From Lingula anatina (Eukaryota > Animalia > Brachiopoda), in NCBI GenBank assembly GCA_051362555.1, contig CM120640.1, positions 44,742,788 to 44,806,787 of the forward strand: a stretch of 64,000 bases of DNA, given 5' to 3'. Of this stretch, positions 27,501-40,013 are shown piece by piece. Each line of letters starts with the position of its first letter. The stretch's first letter is position 1. The notes below the pieces were generated by a model. The model worked only from the letters and a program-made list of their open reading frames with translations, was not told where the DNA came from and did no database searches. Both the position numbers and the translations under genes were made by a program.

Positions 27501-29230
27501 GACCATACACTTACATAGTATACAGCAGGACCAAATTTTTTAGCCAACAGTGCGGTGAAGGCAGCAAAGCTGGCACTGATGATGGTGTTCATCATGGCGT
27601 GGGATATAGCTAAACCGTCGCCTGACTTGGAGACTGAGGCCTGCGAACCTCCGTTGAAAGCGAAAAATCCGAACATCAAGATGAATCCACCTAACGCAGC
27701 CAACTTAGAAGAAAGAAGATATAGTGTGTACTACATTAAGTGAGGATGAAGGATAATTTAAACGAAAAAATCAAACCATTGGGTGGTACATGTATCAGGT
27801 ACATGTATCAGCTTAAGATAAATCAACTTTGCATCTCAGTGAATCACTTCAAAAACTCGAAAAAAACTTAAGTGCCTTAGCTTGAACTAATCTGTGGTCC
27901 TACTGAGTAGGATAAACGAACAGGTTGTACACATTTTACAAGTGAATTACTGAAAAGGATTTTGAAATAATAAATGAGCTCTTAAATTCAGCAAACCCTC
28001 ACAAATCACCATAAGAAAAAAAATTAGAAGGAACTCAAAAATGAATTTACAGGCACATTATGTCCGGAGATAGGTTTCGGTGTCCCGTCATCATCAAATC
28101 TACCAATGCGAGCACCAAGAAACGCTGCCCCAACTAACGCTGCAGTCCCACCCAGTAGATGGACTACGCCGCTTCCTGCAAAGTCCTGAAAACATCAAAA
28201 TTTTTCATGAAAACAAAGCATCTGTTATACCTTCAATAATTACATACAAGTAAAACATAAACATCGTTTGCAATTGCTGAAAATAATAATACAATAAAAA
28301 TATAAAATAAAAAATAAATAAGATACAATATCATAAATATAAAGATTTTATATAAGATATAAATATGTTATATATTTTCTAATGAAATAAAAGAAAAAAA
28401 ATTGAATGTTTGGCATTGCTTAACATGAATATGGTCAAATGTAAGTGACCAACATTTTTCCGACCTATTTTTACCTGATACCCCACGCCGCCAAAGCCAA
28501 CTGCCAGCCAACCCTTCTCTGACCACGCCCAGTGGGTTACAATCGGATAGACAAATCCTAAGTTAGAATATTTATATGGTACATTTTACAATGGAACAAT
28601 GGAAATTTGGTCAATTTTTGCTCCGTTTACACCATCTCCTGGTGACAAAAGCCAATATGTTACTTGTATAAATTAAACCAAACAAAATTTATAAATTAAA
28701 AATGAAGTGTAGTTGTCCGGCATACAGACATTTTTGCTTTTTATGTAGATAGACTTACATAAATAATATGCTTATGGATATTCGTATGCAAATTACCTGT
28801 AATCATGGAGCTATAGAAGAAGTAAGCTATAAATTCACATCTCTCTGCCATAGCTCCTGACACAATGGTGGCAGCGGTGGCTGCGAACACAAAGTGGAAG
28901 AACCAGTGACTTAGTTTTTCGTCAGGGATGCCCTCGCTGAACCAGTAGCGCCATCCTAGAAATGCGTTGTCCGGCTCACCAAACGCAAGCGCGTATCCAA
29001 ATCCCCAGTAAGCTATTCCTGATATATCTAAAATATGGTGCAATGTTTTGTAAAATTCCTCCGTTGGTATGAGAATTTATCAAAGCGCTGCGTCTAGAGA
29101 TCGATTTACTGATCCTTTATTGTTAACAAAAATAAAAAATAATAATAATAATTCATGCATCTCAACAACGAGCCCTATTTTATGTCACTGACTTGGGTAA
29201 ATTAGATTTGTCGATTTTGTGAACAAAAAC

Positions 29231-29274
<44 letters not shown>

Positions 29275-30474
29275 TCAGGCATTTCAACAACGAACCCTAT
29301 TTTTATGTCACTGACGTGGGTTAATTAAATTTGTAGACATCATTAAAAGCCAAGCAAACTATGTAGAATTTAAGCAATGTGAACTAATACTAATAATACA
29401 TTAACAAAGTACGGTTCAGCATTTGCATGCAGTACACGCAAAATTTACATTATAGAAGAGAGGCTACATGAGGTCTTGGGATCTTTGTCCGGTGCTTTTC
29501 AATATCTTGATGCACCTCAGTGACACGTTATTTACGGCGCTGGTGTTTGTTTATTTTTAAGGTGACCCAAAAAGTAAAACAAAAGTTGAAATTGATTAAT
29601 ATAGACTATGAACTACTCTCATATGGACGTTTTAACTGAAATACATGTATCTTAAAGTGGGTGTTGTGGATTATCGCCACTATTAGAGATCTCGAATTTC
29701 GGGATGTTCCTCTTAAATAAAAGTTTTAAGAATTTGAAAATGGCGTAAGTTGCATAAAGTCGTTCATAACATCAACGTGTTGTCCATGATCAAGTTGAAA
29801 TGAGGACTGTTTTTCGCAGACGCCTTAAGTTAAGTTTTTCAGTGAGAATAAGAAAAAATGCATTGCAATGCTGACTGTCTACTGGGATAGTATGCTTAAA
29901 CCGATTCTTTAACGCATGTGACTGGAGTACGTACAAGCATCAAGCATGTTCTTGATGAGAATGTTGGTGGTGTTCTTGCTTCTTACTGCTCCGCACTCCA
30001 GTAAGGCAAACCCTGCCTGCATGACTGGAAATGGCAGTTAAATAATCAATTAAAAAAGACTGATCACAATGAAGAACAACTATATTTATCATACTCAATA
30101 TCTAGTAGCAAAACTCTTATCAATATTTTGAGTTATCCTCATAACGTTTTCAAAGAAAGCTTGATGAATACGTGGGTCCTTTTTTTTTTTAAACTTTTTA
30201 ATTATCAACAATATGGCATGGATGCTATATGCTGTTTGTCTATTTATGTATTTTTGTTCAAGAGTTATTTTTAAAATACAAAAGTATTTTCAAAACTGAA
30301 AAGGATATTAGGTTGGTCTTTTGTCCTATACTTACAGAAAATTATGATAGACATAGTGAAAAGAAAGAAGACATCAACCGAAGCTTGAAGTGCTCTCAAG
30401 ACCTCTTTGGTGTCTTTGTAATCTCTCAAAAGTTCTGTAAGGTTGAACTCAAGCTGATCTAATGGGTCCGCCAT
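24558..30474 (-). CDS. amt: Ammonium transporter (Amt family), 12 coding exons
   Basis: Exons 30474-30336, 30024-29935 ([25 protein letters not shown]), 29027-28797 ([16 protein letters not shown]), 28557-28475 (YPIVTHWAW), 28185-28051 (DFAGSGVVH), 27703-27515 (GFFAFNGGS), 27314-27249 (NGALTGM), 26911-26773 (IDDPLDAVA), 26405-26311 (VHGGGG), 26134-26008, 25686-25576 ([12 protein letters not shown]), 24724-24558 (ends STKF*). Both pore histidines are present. Confidence 0.93.
29125..29340 (+). repeat. Two-copy tandem duplication (about 100-120 bp) containing (AAT)n, in an Amt intron
   Basis: AACAAAAA..(AAT)n..TTCA.GCAT.TCAACAACGA.CCCTATTTTATGTCACTGAC.TGGGT occurs twice. Confidence 0.85.
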
Positions 30475-32530
30475 TTCAGAAAGACAGTCTAAAGCCCAAG
30501 TCCTGAAAAACAAAATAATATGCCTATAATTTCCTAGGTCAGGATAACCACTCAGTATGTTGCTTATATGCAAGTCACAGGCGGTTACACTGTCAGGTCG
30601 TTTCACATGCCGGTCAAAGATGTGTAGGGCTGTAGTACTGTACATCAATATAGTCATCTAGACCGCATACATAAATCACATACGGCGTCATGTACATTCT
30701 CTTCCACCTTCTCATTTATGTGCCGTTAAAAGTAATTTTAAACTAAAAACATGGCATGAAATGGGCGACCACTTAATAGTAAGCAAAATTTACCATTGAG
30801 ATTCCGACGTTTAGACGAAAGTTGCGGTATTCATTTTATATCTCAGTGGAACGGTCTGCTTTTTGCAGATGAGTGTGCATATGTGGCGTTTCCCAGTGAT
30901 GGTCAGGTGTAAATGTGTGGATTTTTTTCAGGGGTATTTATTGGACAGTTAAGTAGATCTTGACAGGAGATGGTTCGATCCAGTTTTGGAGTGCCTTTTG
31001 GTACATCGGTTTTCGCCATTGGTTTCACTGTAACTTCACGGAGCACCATCCGGTACTACCCGCTTGTCCGGGAATATTTTTGCCTAGAGCGTTTCAATGC
31101 ACAACCACATATAACTTGCATACAGAACAATCATCCTAAAGTCGTTATAAAGTTCTTTAGCCGACTAAATGTAAGTCTACAACAGAAATTAACTCTTAAT
31201 TTAAAAAATTGATCTAGATGAATCACAACATGCCTTTGCTTAATGGGAGCAGAATTCACCAAGAAAAACAATTAAAATTGTTTACATTTTGCTTGTGTAC
31301 TTTTAAGAATAGATGATAAAGGTGGAGTAAACATGTTATTTGCAGAAAATTAAGGCACCAAAACATGAAATGCGTTATGGTCCCTTGAGAGCGATAATAG
31401 CTCCTTCTGTTTTGAATATTTAAGCCCTCACAGAGTGCCACGATATTATAGATGGATTGGACGATGTCTGCTTTACGATTATGCTCACAGGCACGTAAAA
31501 CCTGATATGATTCTTTTGTATATGCAACAATTCATGTCTAGAAGATGGCCAGATTACGTTATCACGATAAAAATGACATTTTTGAGACGATCTTTTCTGC
31601 GCAGTCGAGCCACGTGCGCCTTCGTTTTTCTTTCGTAACACCATACTTTTTCCATGTTTGAAAATATTATAGTGAAGGTATGTAAAACGAAAAGAGTTAA
31701 ATAACTCAGTTTTGAAACAAAATATTGTTCAAGGCCGTATTATTTAATAAGCCTTAGAGATTTGTCTGAGACAGAACGTTCGGGTCACATACGGAATTCG
31801 TTCACCCAACACAAGGGGGTCTCCCCGTACCCGTCGCCGTGTATCCCGCAATACATTTGGATAATTTAACGTCACGGACGAGCTGGCCACTTTATGGCCA
31901 ATGTTGATCAGGACTCAACAAGAGTAAAATCTGGACTTTATAATAATTTTATATAACATACACGATATGATCTTAAGACCCATTAATTAAATAACTATAT
32001 GTAAAAAAAATATTTCAAGTATCAGCTGTGTCACATCCGTTGCCTTATGTTATATCTAATAAATCCATTTAAAAGTAAAACATCAAATGCGCACTTTGTT
32101 GTGTACTCTCCCGGAATACTTATCACTTTTTCTACCAATCGCATTTGAAGAAGAAATAAGCATTTACTTATACTTACAATGTAAATTAAATACTTTCAAA
32201 TCGTCCAAAGCGTGCAGCACGATAAAAATTCTGCAATATTTTCTTTTTTCTTGGTACAACAACGACCATTTATGACAACATTTGATACATGTATTCGCAT
32301 CAGTCGAGCAACTTCCTTTTCACACCACCACATCCAATGGAAAGTGTGCTATATATACGAGGGACACTGCATAGATTCTTAACAGCCGGCCTCGGTCCAC
32401 GAATTATATATAGCGTGCAAGTTTTAATCTTTTCTTAGTGCGCTTTCAACCGCACGTTTTCTCCAAGTTGGTCCAATGCCAAATCAGTAGACGTTATAAT
32501 TTAGGACAGCGTTCAGATTCAAAAATCGCA

Positions 32531-32736
32531 CCAGCTGGATCGATCCAACTCTTCGGGGGATTCTGACTAAAGTGCATTCAGCATAATCAGCTTAATTGTC
32601 TGCCACGCCTCCTTGAGTAGCTAGTTAATTAGTTAATTACTCCCTAGTAAATCAAGGAGGCGGGTGAGACATTTTAACCAATTACAGTGTTTACACTTCG
32701 GGGGAATCTCTCACGGAGTTGGATCGATCCAGCCAG
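32531..32736. repeat. Palindromic interspersed repeat; related copies near 50470-50665 and 51239-51447
   Basis: CTGGATCGATCCAACTC...GAGTTGGATCGATCCAG arms, with similar GATCGACCCAACTC / GATTGACCTAACTC cores in the other copies. Confidence 0.55.
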
Positions 32737-32898
32737 TACGATGGGTTTATATGAACAGTCCCTAAGATATTTTATCATATTTCCTTTCCAGGTTTCACTC
32801 ATTTCTGATCGAATGAAAAGAGTATCATTTTCCAAATATTTTACGAATAGGATTGGGAATGCAAGCTTCGTATAGCCTCTAGTATTTTTGTAAATGTG

Positions 32899-32942
<44 letters not shown>

Positions 32943-33699
32943 GTTTTGAATTTCTGACATATTTCAGTTATCTTACAGCAAAAATGATCGGTGAAAAGGA
33001 ACATAAAGCATCTACTAATATATATAGAGATGATTATAATAATAAACGTACTTAAAAAAGGGCTATCTTTGAATGTCGGAAAGGATTCATTAACCATTGA
33101 TAGGTTTGAGGAAATTGCCGTTTACCTTTGTTGGGAGAATCCGTTTTATGGCACTTTTCCAGCCAGAGTGAAGAGTTGTTATCCTTTTAAGTTAAAAACG
33201 TGCTGAAGCCTCATGCAGATCATTACATTAAGTAAATAATAACATCTAAATAATATACATTTATGTTGCCATTTTAGTATTACTTAGTAAGCACGGCTAT
33301 CAGACATGGTTATTAAAATCTTAACTACATTACTGTCAAGGTATGGGTAACGTTTAGAAAAGTTTCAGTGTGGCATGAAAATCAGAAAAGAATTGGTAAA
33401 GCTGAACTCAACCTCGGTTACGCCTATGCTTGATATCACTGTTATAAACATGTCCACTTAACCCTTTGTTGGACATACAATTCAGGTACAAATATAGATT
33501 AAATGAGGGTTGTAAAGGTTATTTAGTACATATATCAAAATGAAAGACTCAAGTTATATGACAATGAATATAAAGAAGATTCATATGTGTGTGTTGAACA
33601 GTTTAATTAGCTACGTGTTTGAAATGACCAACAGAGTTTCTTTTGTCGATAGCTATAGAAAATTAACTGATATTTACCGGCCAATATTTCGTCAGTTTG

Positions 33700-34000
33700 T
33701 TAGGGGGTTGATTCCCTCTGCACATCACAATTCACCCCACAGGTACTCAAAGGGGTTAGTATCAGGGTTCAAAACGGTTGATCCATCCACAGCAGATTGC
33801 GTTTCTCCAACCAATCTCTCACTGTGAGCTAGGGGGCCGACACGATGAAGGTTGTAGTTACCAGTGAAGTCTCCTCTTGCCATTATAGTGCGATGACTGT
33901 TGAGAATACCATAGTAAAGGGTTCCATTAATGCTCCAGAAAGAACAGTTTACTAAAACTATGGGCATAGAATGCTCCCCAAATAGGGACTGACCCAGCAT
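33700..34000 (-). mobile_element. Tc1-like transposase relic
   Basis: INGTLYYGIL...ARGDFTGNYNLH...NPDTNPFEYLWGEL, a degenerate SPDLNPIENLW region resembling the 6678-8339 element. Confidence 0.55.
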
Positions 34001-37000
34001 CTTAGTGTGCTGCTCAAAGGAAACAGATACAAAGGATGCACACATTATTCCAAGAAGCATTCTCAAACAAATCTACGGGGGTAGTCTGGGGTATATAAAA
34101 AAAAATAAAATAATAAAAAATAAAAAAAAACTATCCGTTGATTAGTCAGCAAAGACAACTGACAACTTAATGCAAGTGATAATTTGTCAGGTTTCGGTGC
34201 CTCTGGGGCCACTGACCGAAGAGTCTTCACATTTTATGTTTTGTCATAACAACGCATTTGCTCACATTTCACATCTGGTCAGTCATGTGTTGAAGAAACG
34301 TTCTGAGGAAGGAACAAATAATTTGAGCCCGATTCTAACCCTATTTGGCTCCAGTGAAATGAATTGGAATGTGCTTTGCAGAAGATAATGAACCTTCCAA
34401 TGAACTGGTCCAACTCCGTCAAGCTCTTAAAGGAAATTGCACAATATTCCACAGAACAGACTTGCAACCCTTGTTGAAAGCATGCCACACTTTACAGCAC
34501 CCGTTAGACGCACACACACTTAATTCTTAGACATGTAACATTTAAAAAGCACGTTCTGATGCTATTGTGTATAAATATGGTGACATTTGACGGTGTTTTT
34601 GTTTTTTTTTTTTTTTTTCAATTTTTTAACCTTTCTTGTTTGAACTGAGGAAATCAATCTGGAACCTCAGCTTTGAGGGGGTGCATGTTTTAAACATTAA
34701 CAAATGGTGAAAATATGAATATCTACACTGGATTTTTATGCACTATACATGTATATTCTTTGAGAATTGGTACCTGGAATGAAAGTACTAATTACAACGG
34801 ATTGCAGATGTGATGTGATCATTTGTTAACAAAAACACATGGAAGTGGAGGTGTCACAACCTTTTTAATCAAGAGTGTGCATTTTATAATACTTTTTTAA
34901 AATCCAGCCGCCTATCAAATAGTAGCACATTCGGTCGTCACTTTGTGGATAGCTTAAAAAAATAAGGCCTATAAATGAATAAAATGTGAAATTTCGTAAG
35001 CCTCAGGTTTACTAGTAAATGCCTGAGATATCAGATCTTATGTAGGCATTCCAGCCTCATGTTTTAATCTACAGAACAACTTGATATTGACACTTAACAC
35101 CACGCCTCAAATGTGCATGCATCCTTCTGCATTATCTGTGTTACAATGATGACACGTTCCGACCACATGCCTGACGAAATTCAGCTCTAGCTGCCCCTGC
35201 CTTTCAGTTACGTCAGAGGCATGAAAGTGTTGGTGACATGAGCTGCGACAAATACGGCGTGTTAAGACTAGTTCCGCCTCGGAAGATAAAGGAGTAAGTT
35301 ATATAATTATGGCCGTCAAAAAACATTTTGGTGTTCTTCATGTGGGTCAACTTTTCATGTGAGAAATAAATAGAACAAGACAGCAAAGCTGGAAAATTTA
35401 CATACTTAAAAAGTTATTCCCATTGCTCAATTTTACAGTTTTTTTTTAGTTCCAGTAAACAATAACTTAAGCAAAAAATAATCCGATCATTCTCATTTTC
35501 GAAAGGAACCTTTTTACCAAAGTCACTCAGCAAATTTGGAGAGAACAAAATATATATATGTATATCAAAATTAATCCGTTTATTTTCTAAAGAAAAAAAT
35601 ATATATATATATCAAAATTAAGCAATGTTTATTTTCTAAAGAAACTGACTGGCCTTTTAACCAGAACAACCACTCAGTACATTCGAAGTGAAACAAAAAT
35701 ATGGTTTGGCAGTTATGGGGCAAAGAACAGGCGTGAGACGACACATGCGACAATTAACGACGACACGGCCAGGCACGGACCAAAATATATACAGACATAC
35801 ATATTGTCTGTATGTAGGAATGTGAAATCCAAGACTGGTAAGAGACAAAGAAACTGATGGATTAATAGCTATCAAAATCATCACTTGTTGTGAACACCTG
35901 CAAAATAAGGAAATTCTACCTTTGTTAGAAACGACTTGGAGTCATCCGAAATAACCCCTATCAAGTGAGTATTTCATGGGATTTATGAGGAGCACAGAGT
36001 AAAAATAATGGCAGATTTATTATTGCAGTGCGGTAACGATTAAAAGGTGACAGAATTTACCCACGCTCAGCTCTCACCTTGATCGATTACTGAACCTAAA
36101 ATCTACAGAAAACGATTTCAGAATATCACACTGCTCTACCATAGAGACAAAACCGACCAATTTTCCCATACTTACCAATGGTTAACGAATCCATTTCTAC
36201 ATTTAAAGTTAGTCCCCATTTTTTTTTCTAAAAAGTTTGATTTTTTGTAATTATCTCTTAAGATATTATTACAGAGTATCGCCTTCTATGGTGGTCAGTG
36301 GTCCGATGACAAGCACAGATTCCAGAATAAATGCTTAAACTGCCATTTTTGTGGAAAATAGAATAAATTATATTTCTAGGAGTAGTTTACAATGTATTTA
36401 TTGTGAAATATAGATCTAATATGAAGAGTTGTATTTTAATGAATTTCATAAGGTCGCCATGCTCTACGACATATGGTGATTTCATGAAATTCATTAAAAA
36501 CGCTAAACCGATTTATATTTTATTTTATTATTATTAATATTATTATTTTTGCATCATGGTAGACTACTATGTGGTATTCCAAAGTAGTTTAATATGTTTT
36601 TTTAGATTCAGTTACCAATCAAGGTGACAGCCAGGTGTGACTTAACCCATGGATATATTTGTCATTTTTTCTTAGATTCTATGGAATAACAGTCTATTGC
36701 ACGACAGCACAAATTCATCATGTTTTGCGTGTCAATTTTACATTGCTAAGGCAACATGCTTGAGGTTCAGCAATAAATTTCAGACGATTTCCATCCTTCA
36801 TACAATAACCTGGCCATTTAAAAATATTGCTCTTCTTTAAACAGTGCCCCAGTTAATTTTAAAAACATTGGTCCCGAGTAAATGAATCTCCATGCATGGT
36901 ATTTTTATATTTCTATATTTGTTTTACAAATTCAGTTTAAATTATAGTAAATGGTAAATTTAACTAATATTGTAAATTTAACAGTAACAGTAACAGTAAA

Positions 37001-37195
37001 TTTAACTAATATTGTCAAATTATTTCAAAACTTGTTTTATTTTGACATAAAAAAAGACTTCATTCTCCTAATATGTCTTTGACAGTGAAATTAAGTCTTC
37101 AATGATACAAAAAGCTTCAGGTGGCATATATCCTTATTTTACATATATCCTCATCTGATAAGCTTGATTTTTCCTCAAATCCCTGAGCTGTTTTG

Positions 37196-37815
37196 TCATT
37201 CCTCTTCATGTTTTTTCTTGATGTTAGCTTGTTGCTGCAGCATGCGTATGCCACGTGTGGCCATGTCAAAATCATGAGTTCTCTTTGTAAAAGTTCCAAA
37301 TTTCAAGACATTGTTTAAAATCTTGTCATTATTCATGTCATCGAAATAACATTCTCCAACTTCACATGGTCGAAGACGTTCTTGTTCACTCCTTAGAATG
37401 CTCCTACGAATGATATCTTGATCACCTTTAGTGTCTCGTTTAAATGAAATAATGTTAGCCCCAGGTAGATCAAAGTACATAACAAAATAGCTGGAAAGAG
37501 ACAAAATGCTTGATACATACATATGCAAATATGTGAGAACAATGGCAATAGTGATAACTTTAAAAGATTGTTGGTGGCTTAGTTAAATTATAAAATAATA
37601 ACAATAATAATAAATAAACACTATAAATTGTGAAACACTTATCATCTACTGTGCTTTGTTTATAGCTTTTGACTGATTATAAATTTGGATAATCACAGTG
37701 GATAGGGACAACAAGTTATGAAATTAATTAGGCTGCTATGTCTCAGCTTGTTTATACTAGTAGCATTACTACTTAATGCTATGAAAGGAAAGGGAACCCT
37801 TTCACATCTGTGATT

Positions 37816-37869
<54 letters not shown>

Positions 37870-39677
37870 CAGGATACAATTTTACATACTTTCCCTTTTG
37901 AACTGGTTCTCCTCTATATTTCATTGTGTATGGCAATGGTCTCTGTCCAAGATTTTCAAATCTTTTAATTAACCCTCCATTCTTGAACACAGCTTCAGCA
38001 TATCTTTTGATACATTCAGCCATTTGGGTCTAGAATGGATGGATACATAGAATCATGCAACACTGAACCACATATAGTCAAGAGTATTTGCTTTTATGAA
38101 AATAATTTTCTGAAATAAAAACAAAATTGCAAATGATAGGCCAAATGTGTTTTATCACTTTCTTTCACGGCTTTTCCCAGGATTGGGGGTACAGGCAAAA
38201 ATTCAGGGAGTACAAGCCATCATTATTAAAAAAAAATAAGCAGTCTTTGAAAATATCGGCCATCTGGTGATGCCGGTGGCCATCCAAACTACAACTGGAC
38301 GGTTCGCTGGGAAAAGCCTTGCTTCTATTTCAACAGTATAACGATAAATATAGGCTTTGGTACTTTTGATTGTCATTGGGCAAATAAAATGTATCACATT
38401 AGGAAGCATAGGTGAAAGTTGGTGGTGGTAGTTGTACCGTTTTGCAAACCTCCATAAAAACTGTTCCCCTGAGTATCAGATTTCAACCTGTTGTTACACT
38501 GCCTGTCATGTCTCAAGTACTGCACCAGGAACAACCTTATGTAAAATCACTATTGAGAACAGCTGGTACCCTGTCTGCCTAAATTGTGCAATACGCCACA
38601 ATACAGCGCAATACACTTGAAATAACGAGTCCAGTCACAAGCAAACACAGAAAACGGTCATTCTCAACAAAATAAGGTGATATAAAAGCAAAAAAAATTG
38701 ATTAGATTATTGATATCATTGATATAATATTACTAACACATCGGCGCTACTTTAAATATCGTCGGGTCGGCAGACATGTTAGCTTGTGGCTCTTCTTGAC
38801 AATATTACCGGCCAAGAAGAGCCACTAGCCAACATGGCGACTGACCCGATGATAAACAAAATGTGCCAATTTGTTAAGTTTTATCAAGGCTGTTTATTAT
38901 TTAGTAATATATTTCGCTCTTATATCAGCCTATTTTGTTTGGAATGACTGTTTCCCGTGTTTATTGTGACTGGACTCATTTTTTCAAGTGCATTGCACTG
39001 TGTTGCGCTGTATTGCGGCGTATTGCGCAATTTAGGCAGGCCCGCTGGTACCTCCTCTTGGGTACTGTTTTGACCAAAATTCTATCACTCTGCCTACTTC
39101 ACAAACACAAAACTCTGCCTGGGAAAATCCTAAAATCAAAATTTTAATTGGGTGTTTATGCCTAGCTCCTCTTCTTTTCATATGCTTAATTTCAAATTTC
39201 TATGATATTACATGTACATGTATTTAGGATGCGAAAATCAAATGGGGCAGCTTTTGAATAACTATTAAAGTGGCGTCTTTAAAAAATGACAAACATGGTG
39301 TCACTTAAACTTGAATAATTTTTTTTCTGAATGAGATAGATTAAAATTTTTAACGGTTTATTCATACCCAGATATGTGGTTATCTGTGTATTAAATTTCA
39401 AGTCTAGCTCTAGCGGTGTGACTGAAATGCATTTGATGTACACTGTATTGCAGTGTATTGCGCATTTCAGTCACACCCTAGCTCTAGGGGAAATCGTGTG
39501 CACGCTAGTTACATGTACAATGTACTAGTACAGTAGTCTAGAGTAACTTGTAATAACCCTCCACCACCTCCAGGTGACCATACATCAATCAGTTAACGTG
39601 TACGGGCCTTGACTTATGTGAATGTACGCTACCTTGGTCGCAGGGCGAATTATCATAGCAATCTCGTATTGAGGCAT
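37196..39677 (-). CDS. MRPS6: Mitochondrial ribosomal protein S6 (bS6m), 3 exons
   Basis: Exons 39677-39633 (MPQYEIAMIIRPATK), 38029-37890 (NGGLIKRFENLGQRPLPY), 37490-37196 (NYFVMYF...DQDIIRRSIL); typical bS6 motifs. Confidence 0.88.
38571..39043. mobile_element. Palindromic MULE/foldback-like MITE with 9-bp TSD GCTGGTACC in MRPS6 intron 1
   Basis: Long imperfect inverted arms plus an internal hairpin near 38759-38852; identical 9-mers at 38562-38570 and 39044-39052. Confidence 0.75.
39414..39478. mobile_element. 65-bp micro-MITE with 9-bp TSD TAGCTCTAG
   Basis: GGTGTGACTGAAATGC...GCATTTCAGTCACACC inverted arms; TSD on both sides. Confidence 0.7.
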
Positions 39678-40013
39678 TTTGAATTGACTAGCTGCACTTG
39701 CACTCCGACAAAACCTGAAACTACTGCATTACTTCTCACCAAGCGGAAACAAGTGTGTTTGCGTCAAAAATAAGCGTGGGCTATAAATAAGTGGAATAAA
39801 ATAATCAAAAATCGTTTTGAAAATCATCAAATAACCAAAACCATCAAATATGTAATGAACAATAGCTTTGGTACATTCAAATAAATTACATCAAGTGTAA
39901 TGTGTGATGAGCAATGAGTAATGATTATTGTTTGTGAATAATTTAACATACTTTTCCATTCTTGTATATATCTTATTCTCCTTTTCATCCGGGCATTCGG
40001 TCGCCGGTGCAAG
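39678..40013. promoter_or_regulatory. Candidate bidirectional promoter MRPS6/ATP5PO
   Basis: Only 336 bp between divergent start codons. ETS-like GCGGAA near 39743; YY1-like AAGATGGC overlapping the ATP5PO ATG. Confidence 0.7.

Noticed and set aside
38030-39632. Nested transporter gene in MRPS6 intron 1, as with SLC5A3 in mammals
   Set aside because: The intron is 1.6 kb and contains only MITEs; no long ORF.
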